From positions 394,628 to 458,627 of the forward strand of contig JACPTS010000001.1 of NCBI GenBank assembly GCA_016192685.1: a DNA stretch of 64,000 nucleotides, given 5' to 3'. Shown in pieces: positions 11,311 to 19,605 of the stretch. The DNA is from Candidatus Harrisonbacteria bacterium. GTDB taxonomy: Bacteria > Patescibacteriota > Minisyncoccia > UBA6257 > 02-FULL-45-10c. The position numbers were made by a program, and so were the translations under genes. Each line of letters starts with the position of its first letter. The first letter of the stretch is position 1. The notes beneath the pieces were generated by a model. The model saw only the letters and a list, made by a program, of their open reading frames with translations, did not search any database and was not told the DNA's origin.

Positions 11311-11511
11311 ATGAGACAATGTTACTTTTGCTCCCAAAATTTTAAAGACATTGATTATAAAGAAGCCGAACTTTTAAAGCGGTTTATTTCCGGCCAGGCA
11401 AAAATTATTGACCCGAAATTTACCGGTACCTGCGCGAAGCACCAGCGGGCGCTGGCCAAATCCATCAAACGCTCGCGATTTTTGGGATTGCTGCCATTTA
11501 CAAGGAGATAA
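11311..11511 (+). CDS. rpsR: 30S ribosomal protein S18
   Basis: 66-aa ORF with the S18 pattern YFC...IDYK...LKRFIS...KIIP...TG.CAKHQR.LA.AIKRAR. Confidence 0.9.
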   Translation: MRQCYFCSQNFKDIDYKEAELLKRFISGQAKIIDPKFTGTCAKHQRALAKSIKRSRFLGLLPFTRR

Positions 11512-12023
11512 TGAATTTTGATTTAGCTTTATTTAATTTAATCCATAATTTGTCCGGCAAAAGCCGGCTGCTGGATTTTTTTGGCGTTTTTTTTGCCGAT
11601 TATTTCGGCTATTTTTTAATTATTGCCGTTGGCCTAATATTATTTTCTCGGAATGGCTGGAAAGAGAAATACCGTTATTTTTCGCTGATTTCACTGGCAG
11701 TTATTTTATCCAGAGGAATTTTTACGGAATTAATCCGTTTTTTTTGGCATCGGCCAAGGCCTTTTTTGGTTTTGAATTTTACGCCATTAATTGAACAGGC
11801 TAATCAAGGCGCTTTTCCTTCCGGCCACGCCGCTTTTTATTTCGCGCTGATTTTGCCGGTTTTTTTGATTAATAAAAAATGGGGTAATTATTTGGCGGCC
11901 GGCGTTTTGTTAATGGGTTTATCCCGTATTTTTGTCGGCGTTCATTGGCCGCTGGATATAGCCGGCGGCGCTTTGGCGGCTATTTTAAGCGTGCTAGTGG
12001 CAAAACGAATCTTGCGCTCCTAG
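11511..12023 (+). CDS. PAP2-family phosphatase (undecaprenyl-diphosphatase-like)
   Basis: Multi-TM protein with the PSGH acid-phosphatase motif (FPSGHAAFYFA) and a distal SR..GVHWPLD block. Confidence 0.7.
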   Translation: MNFDLALFNLIHNLSGKSRLLDFFGVFFADYFGYFLIIAVGLILFSRNGWKEKYRYFSLISLAVILSRGIFTELIRFFWHRPRPFLVLNFTPLIEQANQGAFPSGHAAFYFALILPVFLINKKWGNYLAAGVLLMGLSRIFVGVHWPLDIAGGALAAILSVLVAKRILRS

Positions 12024-12075
12024 GCTATTATGTTTTATATTGGATTTAAGCGTACTTTGAAAAGCAGGAGTTGAG

Positions 12076-13836
12076 ATGAAAATTTGCTGGTGTGACGGCT
12101 GCAAAAAAGAAGAACTGAACCGGCTTAAGAGCGAGATTAAAAAGCTTCAAGAAGAAATAAAGGAGTTGGAAGAAGCTAATCAGGACGATAAAGCTTTGAT
12201 TAGGATTTTGATGAAAAGGATAAGAAAGTTGGAAAAAGCAGTATCGGAATTGGCGGAAAGGGCGCAGCATTATAAAAATAGCGTTGCTAGGCTGTCGGAA
12301 AGGGCAAAGCGTCCGCCCTGCGGCTACGCTATTTTTGTCCGTCCGCATCCCGGCGGCGAGCCGGATGAGGTTGATGTGCTGGATGGCGGCCATCTTAAGA
12401 AGGTGGCGCTCGCCATGTCTGATATTACTGCCAAGGATTTGAAATGCGGTTGGGAAGTTTTACTGAATGCGAAAGATAATGTGGTGGAGGTGACTAAAAA
12501 TTATTGGTCGTGGGGATCGGAAGTAATTTTTAAAGAGCGTTTAAGCGAGGATATTGCTTTAGTAATGAGTGAAGTGGATAGCGTCCAGCAATGTTTTTTA
12601 AGCCCAGAATTAAAAAATGTTCAATTAAAGTCCGGCGATTCTTTATTGAATTGCGGCGGCCTGCTGGTGAAGATTCTCCCGAAAACCGAAGAGAAAGATC
12701 ATGATTTGGAAGAGGTTCCGGATTTGGACTTTTCTAAGGTTGGCGGATTAGCCAAGCAAATCGCCGAAATTGAAGAGGCGTTGGCTCCTTTTGCGGATCG
12801 CGAGGTGTATATAAAAGAAGCTAAAGGCCAGGATATGCCTCGGGGCATTTTATTGGATGGGCCTCCCGGTTGCGGCAAGACGCTTCTTGCCAGGGTTATT
12901 GCTTCTAATTTAGCCAAGCACCGCGGCCTTAAAGGTTATTTTATGGCCCTGACCAGTACCGAGCTTATCAATAAATATGTCGGAGAAACCGAAAGAAAGC
13001 TCCGCGAATTATTCAATCGGGCGAAAGAAAAATCCGGCGAAGGCAATTTGGTAGTCATTTTTATTGATGAAATTGACGCTTTGGTTCGGAGTCGGGATTT
13101 TGCCATGGATAAGGAGCCGTGGAAAGGCGATACAGTCGCGCAATTCTGCGGGCTCTTGGACGGCATTACGCCGTTGGGCGATATTATCGTTATCGGAGCG
13201 ACCAATCATAAAAATTTGATTGACCCGGCTATTTTAAGGCCCGGAAGAATGACGGTGCAGATTACGGTGCCGCGGCCGAATCGGAAAGGCGCCGAGGAGA
13301 TTTTGAGGATTTATTTGGCCCCGGATTTGTCATTTGGGCAGAAATATTTTCAAGATGATTTGTATGAGTACCTTGACCATTTTGGCAGCGGCAAGAAAGA
13401 AATTGCCGAGCTTAATAAAAATCCGGAAAAGGTGCGCGATCATTTCTTAGACATGGTCATCAAAAGAATTTTCTATAAAGGCAATCCGCTGGAAATAGTT
13501 TTGGGCGAGGGCACGGAAGATGAAGAGGTTTTAAAGATTGACAATAAAATTGAGGTTATGAATGAGCATCAGCTGCTTAAGACTTACCTCAAGGATTGGG
13601 TATCGGGCGATATGCTTAAAAATATCGTGGAAAAGGCGAAGCGCATCGCTTTTACCCGTTGGCTTCGGAAGAGGAAACAGGATCCGGCTGTCAAATATGA
13701 ATTAACTAAGAAAGATTTTTTTCTGGCTGTTGATGCCGAATATCAAAGAATTGTTTCTTCGGTGAAGGCCCCGAAACAAGCGGCGGAAAAGAAATATGAA
13801 ATAGGATTTAAAAGTAAAGAAGAGAAAAATGAATAG
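12076..13836 (+). CDS. AAA+ ATPase of the ARC/Mpa (proteasome-associated ATPase) type
   Basis: N-terminal coiled coil, OB-like inter-domain, Walker A GPPGCGKTLLAR and Walker B VIFIDEIDAL. Sits upstream of dop-pup. C-terminus ends ...EEKNE with no GQYL-like docking motif. SD AGGAG 8 nt upstream. Confidence 0.65.
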   Translation: MKICWCDGCKKEELNRLKSEIKKLQEEIKELEEANQDDKALIRILMKRIRKLEKAVSELAERAQHYKNSVARLSERAKRPPCGYAIFVRPHPGGEPDEVDVLDGGHLKKVALAMSDITAKDLKCGWEVLLNAKDNVVEVTKNYWSWGSEVIFKERLSEDIALVMSEVDSVQQCFLSPELKNVQLKSGDSLLNCGGLLVKILPKTEEKDHDLEEVPDLDFSKVGGLAKQIAEIEEALAPFADREVYIKEAKGQDMPRGILLDGPPGCGKTLLARVIASNLAKHRGLKGYFMALTSTELINKYVGETERKLRELFNRAKEKSGEGNLVVIFIDEIDALVRSRDFAMDKEPWKGDTVAQFCGLLDGITPLGDIIVIGATNHKNLIDPAILRPGRMTVQITVPRPNRKGAEEILRIYLAPDLSFGQKYFQDDLYEYLDHFGSGKKEIAELNKNPEKVRDHFLDMVIKRIFYKGNPLEIVLGEGTEDEEVLKIDNKIEVMNEHQLLKTYLKDWVSGDMLKNIVEKAKRIAFTRWLRKRKQDPAVKYELTKKDFFLAVDAEYQRIVSSVKAPKQAAEKKYEIGFKSKEEKNE

Positions 13837-13858
13837 CGCTCGTTAAGGGCGCTTTTTT
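13835..13858 (+). terminator. rho-independent terminator after ARC/Mpa gene
   Basis: AGCGCtcgttaaggGCGCT followed by a T6 run. Confidence 0.6.
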
Positions 13859-13924
13859 ATTCCCTTGTATTCTCGTTGGCGGTAGTTTAAAATAGGTTCA
13901 AGTTCTTTGAAAGAGCGGAGGGCT

Positions 13925-15388
13925 ATGGCAATTCCGAAGCTGTGCGGCATTGAAAATGAATTTGGATTTTCTGTTTTTGACGCGGCCGGTAAGCAATTAG
14001 GGAGTGATGGCTATTTGGAGGCGGCGCATCGCTTTGTGGCTTATTTTCTGGCGCACGAAAAAGCCATTCGTTACGATCCGGCGAAGGAATCTCGGCGGCG
14101 CGATACCGACGGAGACGACGAAGAAGAATCGGAAACTTTATTTGAGCGGACGCACCGGCGGCTTACTGAAAGTCTTACAACGGGAACTGACGGTTTTTTG
14201 GCAAATGGCGCGCGGTTTTATTTGGACGCGCACCATCCGGAATATTCCACGCCGGAATGCTTGACCCCGCTGGAATTAGTTGCTCATGATAAAGCGAGCG
14301 AGCTGGTGATGCTGGAGGCGGCGCATTTATTTTCGCGTCAGCTGGCCGGCAATCGGCATCGTATATTCGTCCATAAAAATAACAGCGATGGCAATGGCCA
14401 CAGTTACGGTTGCCATTTAAATGTCCTTTTAAAGCGGGAATTGGTAAGCGGCAATTTTAAATATCTGGTAAAGCAGTATATTCCGTTTCAAATCAGCAGG
14501 ATTATTCTGATTGGGGGCGGGAAGCTGGGGGCGGAGAATAATCGGCCCGTCTGCCAATTTCAAATTTCCCAGCGAGCGGATTTTTTTGAAAAGTTGGTTA
14601 GCCAGAATACGGTTGAAAATCGCCCGATTTTCAATACCCGAGACGAGCCGCACGCGGACCCTAAAAAATATTTTCGCCTTCACGATATTTCCACCGATTC
14701 TTTGGTGTGCGAACAGGCCATTTTTCTTAAAGCGGCGCTTAGCCAAGTTGTGCTGGCGATGATTGAAGACGGATTTTTAAAAGACAATGTTTTGCCTAAA
14801 AATCCGGCAGAGGCGATGGCGCGCGTATCCCGCGACCTTTCGTTTAAAGACGGACTTCTGTTGGAAACCGGCAAAAAAATGACCGGCTTAGAAATATTGC
14901 GCCATTATCTGACGCAAAGTAAAAAATATCTGGCTGAACATCCCATGAGCGATCAGCATATTTTAGCGGTTGACCAGGCGCTGGGACTGCTTAATCAATT
15001 GGAAGAAAATCCGCTGGCAACTGCCGGAAAATTAGATTGGACTACCGCTTGGAAAATCGCCGAAAGCCGGCCAGCTCAAGCCAAGCAAAACCTTTTGGCT
15101 TTTAGGGAAATTTACCCCCGCGGATACTACCGGGAATTGGTTAAAAGAGGAAAAATATGCCGTCTGGTAAGCGATGAAGAGATTGCGCGGGCTAAGTTAA
15201 GCCCGTCAATTAATACCAGGGCTTATTTAAGAAGCGAGATGATTAAAAAATTCGGTTTAACGATACGCGATATGAGCTGGTCTCTTTTCTCGGTAAAAAT
15301 CGGCCAACGGCTAAAAGTCCTGGAGGCGGATAACCCCCTTCTTGCAAAAGCGGAAGCGGATATGCTATTATCAAATTTAGAAATTTGA
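13925..15388 (+). CDS. dop: Pup ligase/deamidase family enzyme (Dop-like by position, immediately upstream of pup)
   Basis: N-terminal CGIENEFGF (the GIETEYG motif), NGARFYLDAHHPEYSTPEC and GCHLN blocks characteristic of PafA/Dop carboxylate-amine ligases. Start placed at the ATG preceded by GGAGGG (the ORF track starts 18 nt earlier). Confidence 0.75.
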   Translation: MAIPKLCGIENEFGFSVFDAAGKQLGSDGYLEAAHRFVAYFLAHEKAIRYDPAKESRRRDTDGDDEEESETLFERTHRRLTESLTTGTDGFLANGARFYLDAHHPEYSTPECLTPLELVAHDKASELVMLEAAHLFSRQLAGNRHRIFVHKNNSDGNGHSYGCHLNVLLKRELVSGNFKYLVKQYIPFQISRIILIGGGKLGAENNRPVCQFQISQRADFFEKLVSQNTVENRPIFNTRDEPHADPKKYFRLHDISTDSLVCEQAIFLKAALSQVVLAMIEDGFLKDNVLPKNPAEAMARVSRDLSFKDGLLLETGKKMTGLEILRHYLTQSKKYLAEHPMSDQHILAVDQALGLLNQLEENPLATAGKLDWTTAWKIAESRPAQAKQNLLAFREIYPRGYYRELVKRGKICRLVSDEEIARAKLSPSINTRAYLRSEMIKKFGLTIRDMSWSLFSVKIGQRLKVLEADNPLLAKAEADMLLSNLEI

Positions 15389-15409
15389 TTTTACTGGAAA
15401 AGGAAAAAT

Positions 15410-15622
15410 ATGGTTCCGGAAGAGGAGCGGAAGAAAAAGAAAGATAAGAAAAAGAAGAAACCAGGCGATCCGGAAGAGGAAGAAGAGGAGAAGGAATCCG
15501 ACGAGGATGAAGAGTTAAAAAAAGACCTTGAAAGCGATGATATTGGAGACATTTTGGACGATTTGAAGAGCACTCAACCGGAGCAAATTCCCGATGAATT
15601 CCGCCAAAAGAGCGGACAATAA
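15410..15622 (+). CDS. pup: prokaryotic ubiquitin-like protein Pup
   Basis: 70-aa disordered acidic protein with C-terminus DIGDILDDL...DEFRQKSGQ, matching the Pup C-terminal helix and ...QKGGQ tail. Located between dop-like and pafA-like genes. Confidence 0.8.
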   Translation: MVPEEERKKKKDKKKKKPGDPEEEEEEKESDEDEELKKDLESDDIGDILDDLKSTQPEQIPDEFRQKSGQ

Positions 15623-15626
15623 TTAG

Positions 15627-15658
15627 AGCGAGCCGCCTTTTTTAAGGGCGGTTTTTTG
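15627..15658 (+). terminator. rho-independent terminator after pup
   Basis: GC hairpin GCCGCC...GGCGG followed by a T-run. Confidence 0.5.
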
Positions 15659-15723
15659 TTGTCAAAAAAACCGCCAGAGAGTATAGTATAAACAGCTTAT
15701 TTAAAATAATGCAATAAACAGCC

Positions 15724-16866
15724 ATGCCAGACCGGCTCTGCGGAAAAGAACAAGAGTACGGCATGAGAATTTTACCCACAAAGAAATTCATCGCTTCTCT
15801 GCCTCAGGGGATTTTACTCCCCCCGGAACATCTGGAATATTACTTAAAAGAAGATAGTTTTACTGATTGGAGACGCGGTTTTGCGCAAGCAATTATCAGC
15901 AATATTATGAATTCTAAAATTCCAAATTTTTCTAATGGCAGCGATCGAATTTGGCTTGCTAATGGGTCGCTGATTTATATTGACCTTAAATGTATTGTAG
16001 AAACGGCAACCGCCGAATGCCGCGCCGGATCCCTGGACGGATTATTGCAGGAAAAAGCCTCTGAGCTGATTCTTAATGAAGCCGCGCAATCGGTCGTGGC
16101 GCAGCGCGGCATTGAATCGCTTACTTTGTATAAAAATAACGTCGGCCCTTCCGGCTTGGGGGAAGACAGATTTAACGAAGTAACGTATGGGAGCCATCAT
16201 AATTATTCTTATCTTGAGTCCAAACAGGTGGCTGTATTCCAGGTATTGAAGAGTTTTCTTCCGGTTTCTATTATTTTTAGCGGCAATGGGCACGTGTACA
16301 AGCATAGAAATAATATAATGTACGCGCTTTCTCAAAGGGCGTCTCACATTACGCTGGCGCAGTCGGGAGCGACGTTGGATAATCGAGCTATCGTGACTAC
16401 GCGGGATGAATCGCTTATGGACAGGTCAACCGGCTTAAGCCGCCTGCATTTAATTTCGCGGGATGCCACGCGCTGTGAATTTCAGACGTGGCTGGTGGAT
16501 ACAATCACTCATTTAGTATTAAGACTGGCGGAAGAGGGGTGGAAATTGCCTTTAAATTTATCGCTTAGCGGCCCAGTCACGGAAATGCACGCCATTAATT
16601 TATCACTGGAGGTTAATTTAGATTATAAAGCGGCCTGCTGGCCGTTTGGGGTTAATAGGATAGATATTTTTGAGTATAACAAGATTTTTTTGGATGCCGC
16701 TAAACAGCTTAGTCCGCTCTCCGAACCAGAAAAACTCTGCCTCCAAGAATGGGAAAGAGTTTTAGAGCTCCTGAAAGCCAGAGCTTTTGACCAGCTGGTG
16801 GGAGAATTAGATTGGGTAACTAAATGGTGGCTGCTTAAGAAAAAAATGAGCAAATATTTTAGATAA
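15724..16866 (+). CDS. PafA/Dop-family paralog, C-terminally truncated (ends just after the conserved ELDWVTKWW block)
   Basis: LCGKEQEYG N-terminal motif, NGSLIYIDL..ETATAEC and TYGSHHNYSYL blocks. The final ~250 nt contain two tracts identical to the next paralog. A degraded C-terminal-domain remnant continues in the +1 frame after the stop. Confidence 0.65.
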   Translation: MPDRLCGKEQEYGMRILPTKKFIASLPQGILLPPEHLEYYLKEDSFTDWRRGFAQAIISNIMNSKIPNFSNGSDRIWLANGSLIYIDLKCIVETATAECRAGSLDGLLQEKASELILNEAAQSVVAQRGIESLTLYKNNVGPSGLGEDRFNEVTYGSHHNYSYLESKQVAVFQVLKSFLPVSIIFSGNGHVYKHRNNIMYALSQRASHITLAQSGATLDNRAIVTTRDESLMDRSTGLSRLHLISRDATRCEFQTWLVDTITHLVLRLAEEGWKLPLNLSLSGPVTEMHAINLSLEVNLDYKAACWPFGVNRIDIFEYNKIFLDAAKQLSPLSEPEKLCLQEWERVLELLKARAFDQLVGELDWVTKWWLLKKKMSKYFR

Positions 16867-17109
16867 AATTCTATATATCAATTGGGACGCGGTGTACTTG
16901 CAAGGCAATCCGCCTAAACATTACCCGACCGGAGAGACTGGCAATCCTTTCGCCGCCGTCAGTTCTTCGTTGGAAAATTTGTATAAAGAATTAGGATTAG
17001 CGGCCGATTAAAAAATTTATCCTCGTTAGGCGAGGATTTTTTAATTGATAAAATTAATAATTTGCCTTATATTAAAATGAGCTTCTTAAAAAAATAACAG
17101 AGAAAGAAA

Positions 17110-18201
17110 ATGCAGAAACGTCTTTGCGGCCGCGAGCAAGAGTTTGGAGCTAAGATTATCCTTTCTTCCGGGGGCCTCAGAAAATTAAAACTAGGTACGC
17201 GAGCAGATGTTATCTGTAAAATAATAAGTTTAATTGCCGATGTTGTTCCGGCAGTAACTTTTAACGACAGCAGCAGTGATTATTGGCTTTGCAACGGCTC
17301 AAGGGTTTATTTGGATATGGATTCGGTAGAAACTTCAACTGCCGAGCATCTTGCCGGTTCTTTTGACGGGATAGCTCAGGAGAAAGCTCTGGAGTTAATT
17401 CTTAATAAGGCGGTTCAATCAATAATACGGTCAAAAATAGGGTTAGAGTCTGTTGCCCTTTACAAGAATAATGTTTGGCTTCAAAAAGAAGATGGTCGTT
17501 TTCAGGAGGAGACTTACGGAAGCCACCACAATTACTCTTATTTAACTAAAAAACGGGAGAGGGTTTTCGGGTTAATGAAAAATTTTATTCCCGCCGCCCT
17601 GCCATTAACCGGGAATGGGCATGCGCTTGGCTTAAGGTCGGGACAGTTCGTTTATTGTTTGTCCCAAAGGGCAAGGCACATCATTTTAGTCAAGCATGAT
17701 GATACTTCTTCCGTGCGGCCGATTATCAATCTTCGCGATGAGCCTTTAATGAATGAATCAACCGGCTTAAGCCGCCTGCATTTAATTTCGCGGGATGCCA
17801 CGCGCTGTGAATTTCAGACGTGGCTGGTGGATACAATCACTCATTTAGTATTAAGACTGGCGGAAGAGGGGTGGCAGTTGCGGCCAAGTTTGGTTTTGGA
17901 AAGGCCGCTGGCGGAGCTGCATCATCTGAATTTTAAATTTGATTTGAATTACGAATTAAAGACTGCCTCCTGTGCCATGGATGTCGTTGATTACAATTAT
18001 CTTTTTTTGCGTGCCGCGGAGAAATTAAAGCCTCTCTCCGAACCAGAAAAACTCTGCCTCCAAGAATGGGAAAGAGTTTTAGAGCTCCTGAAAGCCAGAG
18101 CTTTTGACCAGCTGGTGGGAGAATTAGATTGGGTAACTAAATGGTGGCTGCTTAAGAAAAAAATGAGCAAATATGCTTCTGGAAGCAGAAGGAAAGATTA
18201 A
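17110..18201 (+). CDS. PafA/Dop-family paralog, N-terminal catalytic part (frameshifted gene)
   Basis: LCGREQEFG, NGSRVYLDMDSVETSTAEH and TYGSHHNYSYL. Nucleotides 17760-17880 and 18030-18170 are identical to paralog 15724..16866. Confidence 0.65.
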   Translation: MQKRLCGREQEFGAKIILSSGGLRKLKLGTRADVICKIISLIADVVPAVTFNDSSSDYWLCNGSRVYLDMDSVETSTAEHLAGSFDGIAQEKALELILNKAVQSIIRSKIGLESVALYKNNVWLQKEDGRFQEETYGSHHNYSYLTKKRERVFGLMKNFIPAALPLTGNGHALGLRSGQFVYCLSQRARHIILVKHDDTSSVRPIINLRDEPLMNESTGLSRLHLISRDATRCEFQTWLVDTITHLVLRLAEEGWQLRPSLVLERPLAELHHLNFKFDLNYELKTASCAMDVVDYNYLFLRAAEKLKPLSEPEKLCLQEWERVLELLKARAFDQLVGELDWVTKWWLLKKKMSKYASGSRRKD

Positions 18202-18472
18202 GCATCTTGTCTCCAAAGAAGACATCAAAAAAGCCATTCTCACTCCGCCGGAGACAAGGGCTAAGAGCCGGGGGAAGTTTATAAAAGCTTGTTTTAAAAA
18301 TCCCGGGTTGGCAAAACGGGTTAGGGAATTTAATTGGGGCAGCGCGGCAATCTACGATAAAATTATTTATTTCGGAGAAATAAATAATCCTTTTTCCGTT
18401 TCCACGGTTGTGGAGAATGGCTGGCCTTTTTTAAGGCCCGGGATAGATTACAGACCGTTACGGCATTTTTAA
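18173..18472 (+). CDS. C-terminal domain of the PafA/Dop paralog, encoded in the +1 frame (split or frameshifted)
   Basis: LLEAEGKIKHLVSKEDIKKAILTPPETRA aligns with the PafA/Dop C-terminal domain (...RLVSDEEIARA...TRA in the upstream Dop-like gene). Overlaps the end of 17110..18201 by 29 nt. Confidence 0.55.
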   Translation: MLLEAEGKIKHLVSKEDIKKAILTPPETRAKSRGKFIKACFKNPGLAKRVREFNWGSAAIYDKIIYFGEINNPFSVSTVVENGWPFLRPGIDYRPLRHF

Positions 18473-18512
18473 TCTTTGGCTAAAAATCCTAAAATCTATT
18501 ATATTTCTCGTA

Positions 18513-18541
18513 AAAACCTGCTGTATTCAGCAGGTTTTTTA
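18513..18541 (+). terminator. rho-independent terminator
   Basis: AAACCTGCTGtattCAGCAGGTTTTTT. Confidence 0.7.
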
Positions 18542-18557
18542 TTTTAAGAAGTGTTTT

Positions 18558-18644
18558 TGGTGCCTAGGGAGGGATTTGAACCCTCATGACCTTGCGATCG
18601 CAGGTTTTTGAAACCTGTGCGTATACCAGTTCCGCCACCTAGGC
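18558..18644 (-). tRNA. tRNA-Leu (anticodon CAA), encoded with CCA
   Basis: Reverse complement folds as a type II tRNA: acceptor GCCTAGG/CCTAGGC, anticodon arm CAGGT-TTCAAAA-ACCTG, long variable arm, T-arm GAGGGTTCAAATCCCTC. Confidence 0.8.
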
Positions 18645-18656
18645 ATCTTAATTATT

Positions 18657-19592
18657 ATGCTTTCTGAAGCCATTGGATTACAATATAATATAAATATGCT
18701 TAACAATCAATTTCAATCTCAGCCAAAACCGCCCGACCCGATTTTTCATATTGAAGCGGACAAGATTAAGCCTAATCCTTTTCAGCCGCGGCGGGATTTT
18801 GATGAAGAATCACTGAAAGAATTGGGCAGTTCTATCCGGGAATTCGGCATTTTGCACCCGATAGTGGTTACCAAGCATGAAGTGGAAACTGACCACGGCA
18901 CGGACGTAGAGTATCATTTGATTTCCGGTGAGCGGCGCTGGCGGGCTTCCAAAATGGTTGGTTTGGAGCGGATACCGGCGATTATCCGGGCCATGCCCAG
19001 CGAACGGGAACGGCTGGAAATGGCGATTATTGAAAACATCCAGCGGGAAGATTTGAATCCGATTGAAACTGCCCGCGCCTATGCCAAGCTTCAGGATCAG
19101 TTTGGCCTTACCCAGCGGGAAATCGCGGTTCGGGTCGGGAAAAGCCGGGAAGTGGTGGCTAACGCGGTTCGGCTTTTGAATTTGCCGACGGAAATCCAGG
19201 AGGCGGTGGCAAAAAGCCAAATCAATGAAAGTCAGGCGCGTCTGCTTCTCATGCTTTCGGATTTAAAAGACCAGCAGAATTTATTTACGGAACTGGTCAG
19301 CAGCAATTTAAGCGTCCGGGATCTTCGCACCCGCATTCAGCAAACCAGAGAAAAAACTTCGGCTGCCCCGCCTTTACCGCCCGACCCAGTACTCCAAAGC
19401 ATTGAGGAGCAACTGCGGGAATTACTTGGAACAAAAGTAAAACTCCAAAAAGAAGGCACTGGCGGGAAACTCACCATCAGTTTTTACTCGCCGGAAGAAC
19501 TGCAGGGAATTATTGAAAAATTAACCAAAGCCAATGCTGAAAAACCAGCATTGCCTGACTTATCCGAACCAAAAGAAGAATTTACGATTTAA
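18657..19592 (+). CDS. parB: chromosome partitioning protein ParB/Spo0J
   Basis: ParB box (HLISGERRWRASKMVGLERIPAII) and an HTH region. Confidence 0.85.
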   Translation: MLSEAIGLQYNINMLNNQFQSQPKPPDPIFHIEADKIKPNPFQPRRDFDEESLKELGSSIREFGILHPIVVTKHEVETDHGTDVEYHLISGERRWRASKMVGLERIPAIIRAMPSERERLEMAIIENIQREDLNPIETARAYAKLQDQFGLTQREIAVRVGKSREVVANAVRLLNLPTEIQEAVAKSQINESQARLLLMLSDLKDQQNLFTELVSSNLSVRDLRTRIQQTREKTSAAPPLPPDPVLQSIEEQLRELLGTKVKLQKEGTGGKLTISFYSPEELQGIIEKLTKANAEKPALPDLSEPKEEFTI

Positions 19593-19605
19593 ATAAAATT
19601 TATAG

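Noticed and set aside
12046-12393. 115-aa minus-strand ORF overlapping the start of the ARC/Mpa gene
   Set aside because: Antisense to a gene with a clear SD, coiled coil and AAA+ motifs. The translation is low-complexity.
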